32,000 nucleotides of DNA from Desulfotalea psychrophila LSv54 (GCF_000025945.1 NC_006138.1:1140001-1172000), one strand, 5' to 3'; shown: positions 1-9,402, numbered from the stretch's first letter. The notes: generated from the sequence alone by a model not told the origin. Made by a program: numbers and translations.

Positions 1-731
1 GCTACTATCATAATAATATTACGGGAACCTTGGTTCTCTGTGGTCTTATGGCTAAACATGGGGTGAAGAATATCATCTTCAGCTCTTCGGCTACGGTTTA
101 TGGTGATCCGGCAAGGGTTCCCATAACCGAGGACTTTCCTCTTTCCTGTGCCAACCCCTACGGTCGAACAAAGTTGATGGTGGAGGAGATTCTTGCCGAT
201 CTTCATGGGGCAGATCATGAGTGGAACGCCTGTCTGCTTCGCTATTTTAATCCGGTTGGCGCCCATAAAAGTGGCCGGATAGGGGAAGATCCAGATGGCA
301 TTCCTAATAATCTTATTCCCTATATCGCTCAGGTTGCCATTGGTCGCCTTGACTGTCTCTCGGTTTTTGGTAATGATTACCCAACGGTTGATGGCACGGG
401 GGTACGGGACTATATCCATGTGGTTGATCTGGCCAAGGGTCATGTCTGTGCTGTGAAAAAGGTTCTTGAGGGTCGGGGTGTCACAACCTACAACTTGGGC
501 ACGGGCCTTGGTTATAGTGTGCTTGAGATAGTGGATGCCTTTTCCCGGGCCTGCGGACGTGATATTGCCTATAAGATCGTGGCGAGGCGAGCTGGTGATA
601 TAGCAGCGTGCTATGCGGATTCCGCCAAGGCTCTGACAGAGCTTGGTTGGTCGGCCTCTCTGGGGCTTGCGGAGATGTGCGAAGATACCTGGCGTTGGCA
701 GGAAAATAATCCTACGGGATATCGCTCATAG
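1..731 (+). CDS. galE: UDP-glucose 4-epimerase, 5' end outside the window
   Basis: The open frame continues to the window edge ([15 protein letters not shown]...). It has GalE signatures: [58 protein letters not shown]. Confidence 0.93.
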   Translation, partial: YYHNNITGTLVLCGLMAKHGVKNIIFSSSATVYGDPARVPITEDFPLSCANPYGRTKLMVEEILADLHGADHEWNACLLRYFNPVGAHKSGRIGEDPDGIPNNLIPYIAQVAIGRLDCLSVFGNDYPTVDGTGVRDYIHVVDLAKGHVCAVKKVLEGRGVTTYNLGTGLGYSVLEIVDAFSRACGRDIAYKIVARRAGDIAACYADSAKALTELGWSASLGLAEMCEDTWRWQENNPTGYRS

Positions 732-1169
732 GAAATCTTGAAAAAACCGGTAAATTCGATAAGAAACAGTCTCGATTGCTGTGCCTATGCTGTAGGCACA
801 GAGATCATTTATTTCGAATTTTACCTACCTTTATAATAAATTTTATTTAAAGGTTAATACTTTGTAGTAAGGGACGTTAAACGTTTCCCGACAGAGGAGG
901 TAAAACTCCTGAATTCCCCTCTGATTTGATCTTTTCCCGTAGTGGCTTCTTGCCTCTCTAAGGGAATCTGCTTTGATAAAAATAAACATCGTTTTAAAAT
1001 TATCTGCTCAACTTATCTGAGAAAAATGTAAATGAGGACCGGAATGGCTGTTATTTGAAAAAGCTATATCTGGTAAAGCTTTTTTCTTATTTTGTTTAGT
1101 AAGTGATAATGGTAGGTTCTGAAAATATATTAAGTATAAGGCAAAGTAATATTAACTATAAGGTAGGGT

Positions 1170-1661
1170 ATGTCTTTGAAAAAGTGTTCTACAATGATTT
1201 TTGGTTGCGGCAATATAACCATGGGGGATGATGGTTTTGGTCCCGCTGTGATTGATGAGTTGCATGCTCATTATGAATTGCCCGAGGGGGTACAGGCCAT
1301 CGATGCGGATACCGGTATTCGCGAGTATCTTTTTGATTATCTTCTCTCTGAAGAGGATCGGCCTGATCGTATAATTGTCTTAGATGCAGTTGATTTCCCT
1401 GATAGAAATCCTGGCGAGGTGTTCTATATCGCGCCCGATAGCATTCCTTCCCAAAAGATTCATGACTTTTCGCTTCATCAATTCCCTACAGTAAATATGT
1501 TATTAGAGTTGGAACAGTATACAGGAATGGAAATAAAGATATTGGCAGCCCAAATAGAGTGTATTCCGAAAGAAATTGCTCCTGGGCTGTCGGAACCAAT
1601 GTCAAAAGCTGTTCCTGCGGCATGTGAGATGATCTCACAAATTCTTTTAGAAAAAAGCTAA
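1170..1661 (+). CDS. Hydrogenase maturation protease (HyaD/HycI/FrhD type)
   Basis: 163 aa with GCGNITMGDDGFGP near the N-terminus and VLDAVDF, typical of the [NiFe]-hydrogenase C-terminal peptidase family. Located directly upstream of the hydrogenase/hdr genes. Confidence 0.88.
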   Translation: MSLKKCSTMIFGCGNITMGDDGFGPAVIDELHAHYELPEGVQAIDADTGIREYLFDYLLSEEDRPDRIIVLDAVDFPDRNPGEVFYIAPDSIPSQKIHDFSLHQFPTVNMLLELEQYTGMEIKILAAQIECIPKEIAPGLSEPMSKAVPAACEMISQILLEKS

Positions 1662-1676
1662 ATGAGGTGACCTTTT

Positions 1677-3164
1677 ATGAAGTATGAATTTAAAGTCAGC
1701 GAAATAGCAGAGGAATTTGGTGTTCATTCGACGACCATAAAAAATTGGATTAAATCCGGTTCTCTTTCTGCAAAGGAAGGGCCTGGATCCAAATATCTTA
1801 TGGAGTTTAGTGACTATCAAGACTTTTGCGATCGGTTTGGAGTTGAACCAAGTGTTCGACCTCTGAACCATGTACACAAGGATCCGTGTACTATTCAACA
1901 GGAAGCACAACCTATACTTGAGCCGATGACGCTTGATGGTAAAAAGAGTGCGCTTGCAGTTGATCCATCATGGGCGTCATCCTGTCTAACCTGCGGCACC
2001 TGTGCTGCCGCCTGCCCTATTGCTGGTGTCGATGGGCTTGATCCACGTAAGATAGTGCGCATGGCAGTTTTGGGTATGGATGAGGAGTTGATAAATTCGA
2101 CCTGGCCATGGAAGTGTACCATGTGTGGCAAGTGCGAGGAGTCCTGTCCTGCAGATATTCAAATTACAGCCCTCATAAGAAAAATTCGCGGAGCCCGTGA
2201 AAGAGATCTTGTTCCAGGTCCTATTCACAAGGGTGTGATGATGTGTCTTGAGCGTGGTAACAACCTTGGTATTCCAAAGGATGACTTTGTCTTCCTTCTT
2301 GAAGAGCTTGGTGAAGAGCTTGCTGAGGATTGCTGTCCTGGTTTTGTAACTCCCGTTGAGGTTGAAGGCGCTCGGGTGATGGTTACCGTGAACTCCAAAG
2401 AACCCTTTGGTGAGCCCGATGATATGAAGTGGTGGTGGAAGATTTTTTATGCCGCGGGAGAGTCCTGGACTATTCCATCTGAGCATTGGGAAGGTGTTAA
2501 CTGGGGACTGTTTTCCGGTGACGATGAGTCACAAAAAAAGATTGTTGGTCGACTCGTAAATAATATGAGACGGCTCAAGTGTAAGGTACTGTTGCTACCC
2601 GAGTGAGGCCATGCATATTTCGCGACCCGGTCTGGGTTGCTCAAATGGTTTCCTGAAGCACTTGAAGAATTTAAGATTGTTACAGTGTTTGATCTCCTCC
2701 TCGAGTATCTCCACGAAGGAAAAATTAAGCTTGATAAAGAGCTTCATCGCAATATTCCAACCGCATATCACGATCCCTGTAACTATGGTCGTAAGTCCCT
2801 GAAGGCTTTTGGACAGGCATATTTTGAAGAGGGGCGTGAAGTAGCAAGTGCCTGTTGTGATGATCTTCGCGAGTTGAATCCAAATAGAAACGGTGCATAC
2901 TGTTGTGGTGCTGGTGGCGGTACATGGGCCTTACCGTATAGTGAAGAGCGTATTTATTATGGTCGAACCAAGGCACGACAGATTGAAGAGTCCGGGGCAA
3001 AGCTTGTTGTAGCTCCATGTCATAACTGTCGCGATCAGATTATGAAGTCCCTGAAAAAAGAGTATAGCCTTGATATTGAGGTGAAGTATCTTTGGGAACT
3101 CATTGCTGATTCTTTGATTATGCCAGGTAAGGATAAGGCAGAGCCAGTTAAAGAGCATTACTAA
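1677..3164 (+). CDS. Selenocysteine-containing HdrC-HdrB (HdrD-like) fusion protein with N-terminal MerR/excisionase-like HTH; Sec at codon 310 (UGA 2604-2606)
   Basis: ORFs 1677..2606 and 2637..3164 are in the same frame and separated only by TGA. Read through: ...CKVLLLPE-U-GHAYFATRSGLLKWFPEALEEFK... The protein has ferredoxin motifs (CLTCGTCAAACP, CTMCGKCEESCP) and an HdrB/GlcF CCG module (YHDPC...YCCGAGGG...PCHNC). Confidence 0.9.
2622..2640 (+). promoter_or_regulatory. Candidate bacterial SECIS hairpin for the HdrCB-like gene
   Basis: 7-bp stem gcgaccc/gggttgc (one G.U) with a GGUCU apical loop at 2629-2633. There are 22 nt between the UGA and the loop. The loop resembles the classical E. 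coli fdhF GGUC-containing loop. Confidence 0.75.
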
Positions 3165-3269
3165 AGTATGCATATCTATTTGGGCCTTTTGGAGCCAAAT
3201 ATTGACCAGGAATGATCTGTAAGATATTTACAGACTATCTATATTATTAATCGAGAGGAGACACCTGTC

Positions 3270-6200
3270 ATGCTGGACAAGAAGAAGGTTGGGTCGGTAA
3301 TGATTGTGGGAGGTGGAGTAACGGGCATGCAGTCAGCCCTTGATCTCGCTGATGCCGGATATTTCGTCTACCTGATTGAAAAATCAGGTGCTATCGGCGG
3401 AGCCATGGCTCAGTTGGATAAAACTTTTCCTACCAACGATTGCTCGATGTGAATTATCGCGCCTAAATTGGTTGAGTGCGGTCGGCACTTAAATATAAAG
3501 TTGATGACTCTCAGTGAAGTAACTAATATCGCAGGTTCTGCGGGTGACTTTACTGTAACTGTAAAAGAATCTCCACGTTATGTGGATATGGATAAATGTA
3601 TTGCCTGTGGTGCATGTACTGATAAATGTCCGAAGAAGGTCGATAGCGAGTATGACGAAAAGACCGGAAAGCGTAAGGCCATTTTTGTAAAGTATGCCCA
3701 GGCGGTACCACTTAAGTATCAAATTGATCCTCTGAACTGTCTGCGTCTTACCGCCATGCGTAATGGTAAGGAAAAACTTCCCTGTGGATTTTGTGAGCAG
3801 GTTTGTGACGCTGGCGCTATTAACTATAACGATACCGAAAAGACTCATGAGTTGAACGTAGGTGCTGTTGTTTTGGCTCCTGGCTTTGAGTCCCATGATC
3901 CCACCGGAGATGGTGTTTGGGGTTATGGCGTATATCCAAACGTTATTACCGCCATGCAACTGGAGAGATATCTCTCTGCCTCTGGGCCAACCGAGGGCCA
4001 TATAGTTCGTCCTTCCGATGGACAGAAAGCGCGAAAAATAGCATTTTTGCAATGTGTTGGCTCTCGTGATCAGAATCTCTGTGATAATGGTTACTGCTCT
4101 TCTGTCTGTTGTATGTATGCGATAAAAGAAGCTGTTATGGCCAAGGAACATGTAGCAGGGCTTGAAACAGACATCTTCTATATGGACATGCGTACCCATG
4201 GCAAAGAGTTTGATAAGTACATGGAGAAAGCCAAAGAGAAATCAGGCGTACGTTTCGTCCGATCTCGGGTAAATGGCGTTGAACCTCAGGGTGAGGCCGG
4301 TGATCTTCGTTTGAAGTATATGAACGAAAATGGTCATCAAATAGAAGAGTGTTATGACATGGTTGTCCTCTCTGTGGGCCTTCAAACTCCAAAGCATGTG
4401 TTGGAGCTTGCCAAGACTGCGGGTATTGAGATCACTAAGGATAACTTTGCCAAAACGCCAGATTTTGCTCCGGTCCAAACCTCTCGTGAGGGTGTTTTTA
4501 CCTGTGGTGCCTTTGCCGGTCCTAAGGATATTCCTCAGTCTGTTGTTGAGGGTTCAGCGGCAGCTGCAGCGGTTGCTGAACTGCTTGCCCCATCCCGTAA
4601 CCAGTTTACCCACTCGGTAACCTGGCCAGCAGAGCGTGATATTCGTGAGGAAGAGCCGAAGGTTGGTGTCTTTATTTGTCATTGTGGTTCTAACATTGCC
4701 GGTGTGGTTGATGTGGCAGCGGTTGAAGAGTATGCCGCAACCCTTCCTCATGTGGCCTATGTTGAGAGAAATCTCTTCTCCTGTTCTCAGGATGCTCAGG
4801 AAAAAATTGCGGCAACCATTAAGGAACAGGGTCTTAACCGTATTGTTATTGCCGCCTGTACGCCACGAACCCATGAGCCTCTGTTTCGTGAGACTCTGAA
4901 GGCAGCAGGGCTGAATGAATACCTCGTTGAGATGGCTAATATTAGAAACCATGACTCCTGGGTTCATTCCGATAACCCTAAAATGGCAACGATTAAGGCC
5001 AAGGATCTGATACGGATGGCTGCTGCCAAGGTAGTCTTTGGTGAGTCTCTTAAGCCTATCTCTGTACCCATTAACCAGACAGCTCTGATTATCGGTGGTG
5101 GTGTAGCTGGAATGACTTCTGCCCTGAATCTTGCCGAGCAGGGTTTTAATGTTAATCTTGTGGAAAAAAGCGATACCCTTGGTGGTGCTGCTTTGAAGAT
5201 TAAGCATACCTGGTCCGGTGAAGATGTTGCCTCTCAGGTGGCGACCCTTGTCGATAAGATCACCTGGAACGACAAGGTTACCGTTTTCAAAGAATCTGAA
5301 GTTGTTGCATCCGAAGGTTTTGTCGGTAACTTCAAGTCAACCATTCTCCATGGCGGTGAAGATTACAACGTTATCAAGCACGGTGTTGGTATTGTGGCAA
5401 TTGGTGGAGTCGAGTACAAGCCAAACGAGTACGGTTACGGTGAAATTGCCGGGGTAAAGACCAGTACTGAGTTTGATAATACTCCCCTCAGCCCGTCTGC
5501 CAAGACCTTTGTCTTCATTCAATGTGTTGGTTCCCGAGAGGGAGACAATATGTACTGCTCTAAGGTTTGCTGTACCCATTCTGTGCAGTCTGCCATTGAG
5601 CTGAAGGAAGCTGATCCGGCGCGTAATGTTTATATTCTCTATCGTGAGATGCGTACCTACGGTCAGCGTGAGGCATTGTATCAAAAGGCTCGTAAACTTG
5701 GTGTTATATTTATCAATTACGAGAGTCACGGTAAACCTGTGGTAAGTACGGTTGATGGTGCTATTCGAGTGGATGTTTGGGATCATGTCTTGAACTGTCC
5801 GCTGAAGATTATGGCAGATAATTTGATCCTGGCTACAGCCGTTCGGCCAAGTACTGATGCCGGAGCTATCTCTAAGCTGTACAAGGTGCCTGTTGATGCC
5901 GATGGCTTTTTTCTTGAGGCCCATGCCAAGTTGCGTCCCGTTGATTTTTCAACGGATGGAATGTATGTCGCAGGTATGGCCCATTATCCCAAGCCTATTG
6001 AAGAGTCTGTGGCTCAGGCACTTGCCGCAGCTGCCCGGGCGGCAACGGTTCTCTCTAAGACCGAGGTAACACTTGATGCTGTGAAGGCCACCGTTGATCC
6101 CGACTTTTGTGATGGCTGTGCCCTCTGTGTGGATGTTTGCCCATACGGTGCCATTACCCTTGGTTCCCGTTCGGATGATCTGCCTAGTCGTATTATCAGC

Positions 6201-6326
6201 GTTAATGAGGCGAAGTGTAAAGGCTGTGGCTTATGTCAGGCGACATGTCCTAAGAGAGGCGTCTATGTTGCTGGATTTACCATGCAACAGATAAGCAGTC
6301 AGATTGCTGCCGCTCTTGAGGTCTAG
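3270..6326 (+). CDS. hdrA: Selenocysteine-containing tandem HdrA (CoB-CoM heterodisulfide reductase subunit A-like), 1018 aa; Sec at codon 61 (UGA 3450-3452)
   Basis: ORFs 3270..3452 and 3468..6326 share a frame and are interrupted by one TGA. Read through: [32 protein letters not shown], where HdrA proteins normally have FPTNDC(A/S)MC...PKLVE. It has two FAD-binding GGGxxGM motifs and several 4Fe-4S motifs ([36 protein letters not shown]). Confidence 0.93.
3472..3492 (+). promoter_or_regulatory. Candidate bacterial SECIS hairpin for hdrA
   Basis: 8-bp stem ttgagtgc/gcacttaa (one G.U) with loop GGUCG (3480-3484). There are 27 nt between the UGA and the loop. Confidence 0.75.
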
Positions 6327-6377
6327 TCGTTACCTGTACATAAAATGAACATGAGGATTAAATAAGGAGTAGATCAC

Positions 6378-6800
6378 ATGAGTTTTGAGCCTAAAATCAT
6401 TGCATTTTGTTGCAACTGGTGCTCATACGCCGCAGCTGATCTGGCGGGAGTGTCCAGGATGCAGTATCCGCATAATGTACGGATTATCCGTGTTATGTGC
6501 TCAGGTATGGTTCATCCTGAATTTGTTATGGATGCCCTGCACCAGGGTGCAGACGGTGTCATGGTACTTGGCTGACACCTCGGTGAATGTCATTACCTGG
6601 ATGGTAATTATATAGCAGAGACCCGTTCTGATATGATCACGAGCATGTTGGAAGACATGGGATATGAGAAAGAACGATATGGTGTGAGTTGGGTATCTTC
6701 AGCCGAGCCGGATAAGTTTGTTAAGGCTGTGACTGAGATGACTGCCCGTATCAAGAAACTTGGACCTGTCCAAACTGAAAGCCCCGCTCAGGCGGTGTAA
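6378..6800 (+). CDS. mvhD: Selenocysteine-containing methyl-viologen-reducing hydrogenase delta subunit (MvhD/FrhD-like), 140 aa; Sec at codon 66 (UGA 6573-6575)
   Basis: ORF 6378..6575 ends GADGVMVLG, then TGA, then in frame [56 protein letters not shown]...TAA 6798-6800. The family motif is G(C)HxGxCHYxxGN, so UGA replaces the Cys. RBS-like aaggag lies upstream. Confidence 0.93.
6592..6608 (+). promoter_or_regulatory. Candidate bacterial SECIS hairpin for mvhD
   Basis: Perfect 6-bp stem attacc/ggtaat with loop UGGAU at 6598-6602. There are 22 nt between the UGA and the loop. Confidence 0.65.
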
Positions 6801-6810
6801 AGGAGGCGAT

Positions 6811-7752
6811 ATGGGTGTGAAAACAGCTATGGAATGGTTGAGCTCATGTTCTGGATGCGAAATCGCTATCCTGAATATAGGTGAAGATCTTATTCCAATT
6901 ATTACTGAAGCGTTGGATATTGTTCATGCACCGGTACTTATGGATCATAAGTACTTTGGACAGACCGGTGAGGGCCTGACCCTGGAAATACCAGAGGCAA
7001 CTATTGGTATTGTTAGCGGTGGCGTAGCCAATGAAGAGCATATCGAAGTGCTTGAGGAGATGAGAAAGAAATGTACTATTCTTATCGCCCTTGGAACCTG
7101 TGCAACCCATGGTGGTATCCCCGCTCTGATGAATGGGCAGGATCGAGCCCAGAGTTGGAAAGAGATTTATCAAACAAAGACCACCGATCCCGGGGGAGAA
7201 GTTCCCAATGTGGAAGTTCCTGCTCCTCTTGACCGTGTTTATGCCTGTGATGAGAAGGTAAAGATTGATCTGCAGTTGCCAGGATGTCCTCCAAATCCTG
7301 CCCATATTGCCGAGGTGATCTTTTCTCTTCTTGAGGACCGACCACCGGTTCTTCCTGGTAAGAGTGTTTGTGATACCTGCCCGACCAAGCGTGAGGGTAA
7401 GGGTGATGTAAGTAAGCTGAGACGTTTTCTTACAAACGCTGAATTTGAGCCAGGCGAACCTATTGATGAAATGCGCTGTCTGCTTGAGCAGGGATACCTC
7501 TGTATGGGGCCGGTAACTGCTGCAGGCTGTGCAAGAAATGGTGCTCCTAGCTGTATTGCTGCTCGCGTTCCCTGTCGTGGTTGCTTTGGGCCTGTTCGTG
7601 GCGCTGGTAATCAAATGTTGGATATGATGAACGCATTGGCAAGTAATGGAATTGATTGTAGTTCTGTTATTGATCGTCGCTCTATGTTACGCTTTTCAGG
7701 TGCGCATGGAATGCTACGGCCTGTAAAAAAAATGGTTGTTAAGGAGGACTAA
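6811..7752 (+). CDS. mvhG: [NiFe]-hydrogenase small subunit, MvhG-like
   Basis: SSCSGCEIAILN, GGVANEEH, LIALGTCATHGGIPAL, LPGCPPNP and GPVTAAGCA...CRGCFGP motifs. ATG at 6811 is preceded by aaaggaggcgat. Confidence 0.92.
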   Translation: MGVKTAMEWLSSCSGCEIAILNIGEDLIPIITEALDIVHAPVLMDHKYFGQTGEGLTLEIPEATIGIVSGGVANEEHIEVLEEMRKKCTILIALGTCATHGGIPALMNGQDRAQSWKEIYQTKTTDPGGEVPNVEVPAPLDRVYACDEKVKIDLQLPGCPPNPAHIAEVIFSLLEDRPPVLPGKSVCDTCPTKREGKGDVSKLRRFLTNAEFEPGEPIDEMRCLLEQGYLCMGPVTAAGCARNGAPSCIAARVPCRGCFGPVRGAGNQMLDMMNALASNGIDCSSVIDRRSMLRFSGAHGMLRPVKKMVVKED

Positions 7753-7753
7753 G

Positions 7754-9202
7754 ATGGGAAAGGTATTAACGATTGCACCTGTTACCCGTATTGAGGGTCA
7801 CGCAAAAATTGCCATTCATTTAGATGATACGGGCAATGTGGAAAATGCATTTTTGCATATTCAGTCCCTGCGCGGATTTGAGAAGTTTATTGAGGGGCGT
7901 CCTGCAGAGGAAGTGCCTCGTCTGGTAAATAGAATTTGTGGTATCTGTCCTTGGATGCATCACATTGCCTCCAATAAGGCAGTTGATCGTTGTTTCGATG
8001 TAACCCCTACGGCAACCGGTTATAAGTTGCGTGAGTTGTGTCAGGTTTTGGCTCATGTCAACGATAAGATTCTTCACTTCTTCTTTTTGGCGGCCCCGGA
8101 TTTTGTTCTTGGACCAGATGCAGATCACTCTGTACGTAATGTTATGGGCGTTGTTAAGGCGGCTCCGGAACTTGCGTCCAAGGTTGTGAAGATGCGTCAG
8201 CTTGGTCAGATGATGTTGGAGAAATTTGCTGGCAAGGCTATTCACCCAATTGCCGGTGTTGTCGGTGGTTTTTCCAAGCCAATGGTTGAAGAGGAACGTA
8301 AGGAGTTGCTGGAAGGTGCCCGTACTCTGCTTGACTTCTCCACCTATGCCCTTGATTTTGCTATTAACAATGTATTTTCAAAGTACATGGACGTTATTGG
8401 TGAGCTTGGCGTTATTAAGACTGGTTTCCTCGGTACAGTTGATCGTCAGGATGGATCACTTCGTCTCTTCGATGGTAACCTGCGGATGATGAAGGCAGAT
8501 GGTAGCTTTGAAGAGTTTCAAAACCGTGATTATGCTGACCATATTGGTGAGCATACGGTGCCTTGGGGCTATTCTAAAATGCCATATGCCAAGTTTTGGA
8601 ATGAGGGCTTTGATATGAGCCTTGGTGCTCCAAAGGGTATTTATCGTTCTAATACCCTGGCCCGTATCAATGTTTGTGACAAGATCTCCACTCCAAAGGC
8701 CCAGGCAGCACTTGAAGCCTTCCGTGAGTTATTTGGTCGTCCTGCCCAACAGACTCTGCTTTATCATTATGCTCGCCTGATTGAGATGGTTTATGCCTGT
8801 GAGCGAACTATTGAGCTCCTCGAGTGGGATGGTATTACCGATCCTCATGTTCGTGCGGAGGTTACCCCGCGGGCAGGTCGTGGTGTGGGTGTGGTTGAGG
8901 CCCCTCGTGGTACTCTTATTCATGATTACACAACCGATGATGATGGCTGTGTTACCAGTGCAAATCTTATTGTGGGTACCACCCACAATATTGCGCCGAT
9001 GAATATGTCTGTGAGACAGGCGGCAAGTTCACTCATCAAAGATGGAAAATATGATGAGGGCATTCTTAACAGGGTAGAGATGGCTGTTCGGGCCTATGAC
9101 CCCTGAATGTCTTGCGCTACCCACCGCCTGGATGGCGGTCTTCCAGTAACTGTATCTATTATGGATAAAGAAGGTGTAGAAATTGACAGAATTGTCAAAT
9201 AA
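7754..9202 (+). CDS. mvhA: Selenocysteine-containing [NiFe(Se)]-hydrogenase large subunit, MvhA-like; Sec at codon 451 (UGA 9104-9106)
   Basis: The N-terminus has TRIEGHAKI and RICGICPWMHHIAS. The ORF ends ...RAYDP-TGA and continues in frame MSCATHRLDGGLPVTVSIMDKEGVEIDRIVK-TAA(9200-9202). This reconstitutes the L4 motif DPUxxCxxH. ATG at 7754 is preceded by aaggagg. Confidence 0.95.
9123..9139 (+). promoter_or_regulatory. Candidate bacterial SECIS hairpin for mvhA
   Basis: Perfect 6-bp GC-rich stem accgcc/ggcggt with loop UGGAU (9129-9133). There are 22 nt between the UGA and the loop, the same geometry and loop as the mvhD hairpin. Confidence 0.75.
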
Positions 9203-9255
9203 TCTTCGGTAGGTTATCCTTGTCACCGTGTCATATTTGCCGTGGCGGTTTATTG

Positions 9256-9297
9256 AAAAGGCAACAGATTCTAAAACAATCTGTTGCCTTTTTTTAT
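9256..9297 (+). terminator. Rho-independent terminator of the hdr-mvh operon
   Basis: 15-bp perfect stem aaaaggcaacagatt / aatctgttgcctttt with 7-nt loop, followed by a T run. Confidence 0.93.
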
Positions 9298-9402
9298 GTT
9301 GTTGCGGTAAAGTGTTGGTCGGTTGTTGTTTTTTGTGGAGAGCATTGATCCTGTCCGGGTCGATATTGTAGATTGGCTCCATGGTAAATTAGAAAGGAGT
9401 AG

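Noticed and set aside
780-800. Inverted repeat tgtgcct...aggcaca as a galE terminator
   Set aside because: No T run follows on the plus strand. Kept only as part of the leader-region observation.
732-1169. Possible tRNA-Sec (selC) or other tRNA in the leader
   Set aside because: No T-arm GGTTCGA..CC, CCA end or long extra arm could be found.
2604-2606. Interpreting the split ORFs (2604, 3450, 6573, 9104) as pseudogenes, frameshifts or sequencing errors
   Set aside because: All four are in-frame UGA only, all at conserved Cys sites, all with a downstream hairpin, and the coding frame continues undamaged on both sides.
3489-5207. Antisense and alternative-frame ORFs over hdrA (236 aa, 217 aa and several 60-90 aa)
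   Set aside because: All overlap the strongly supported hdrA frame and have no family signatures.
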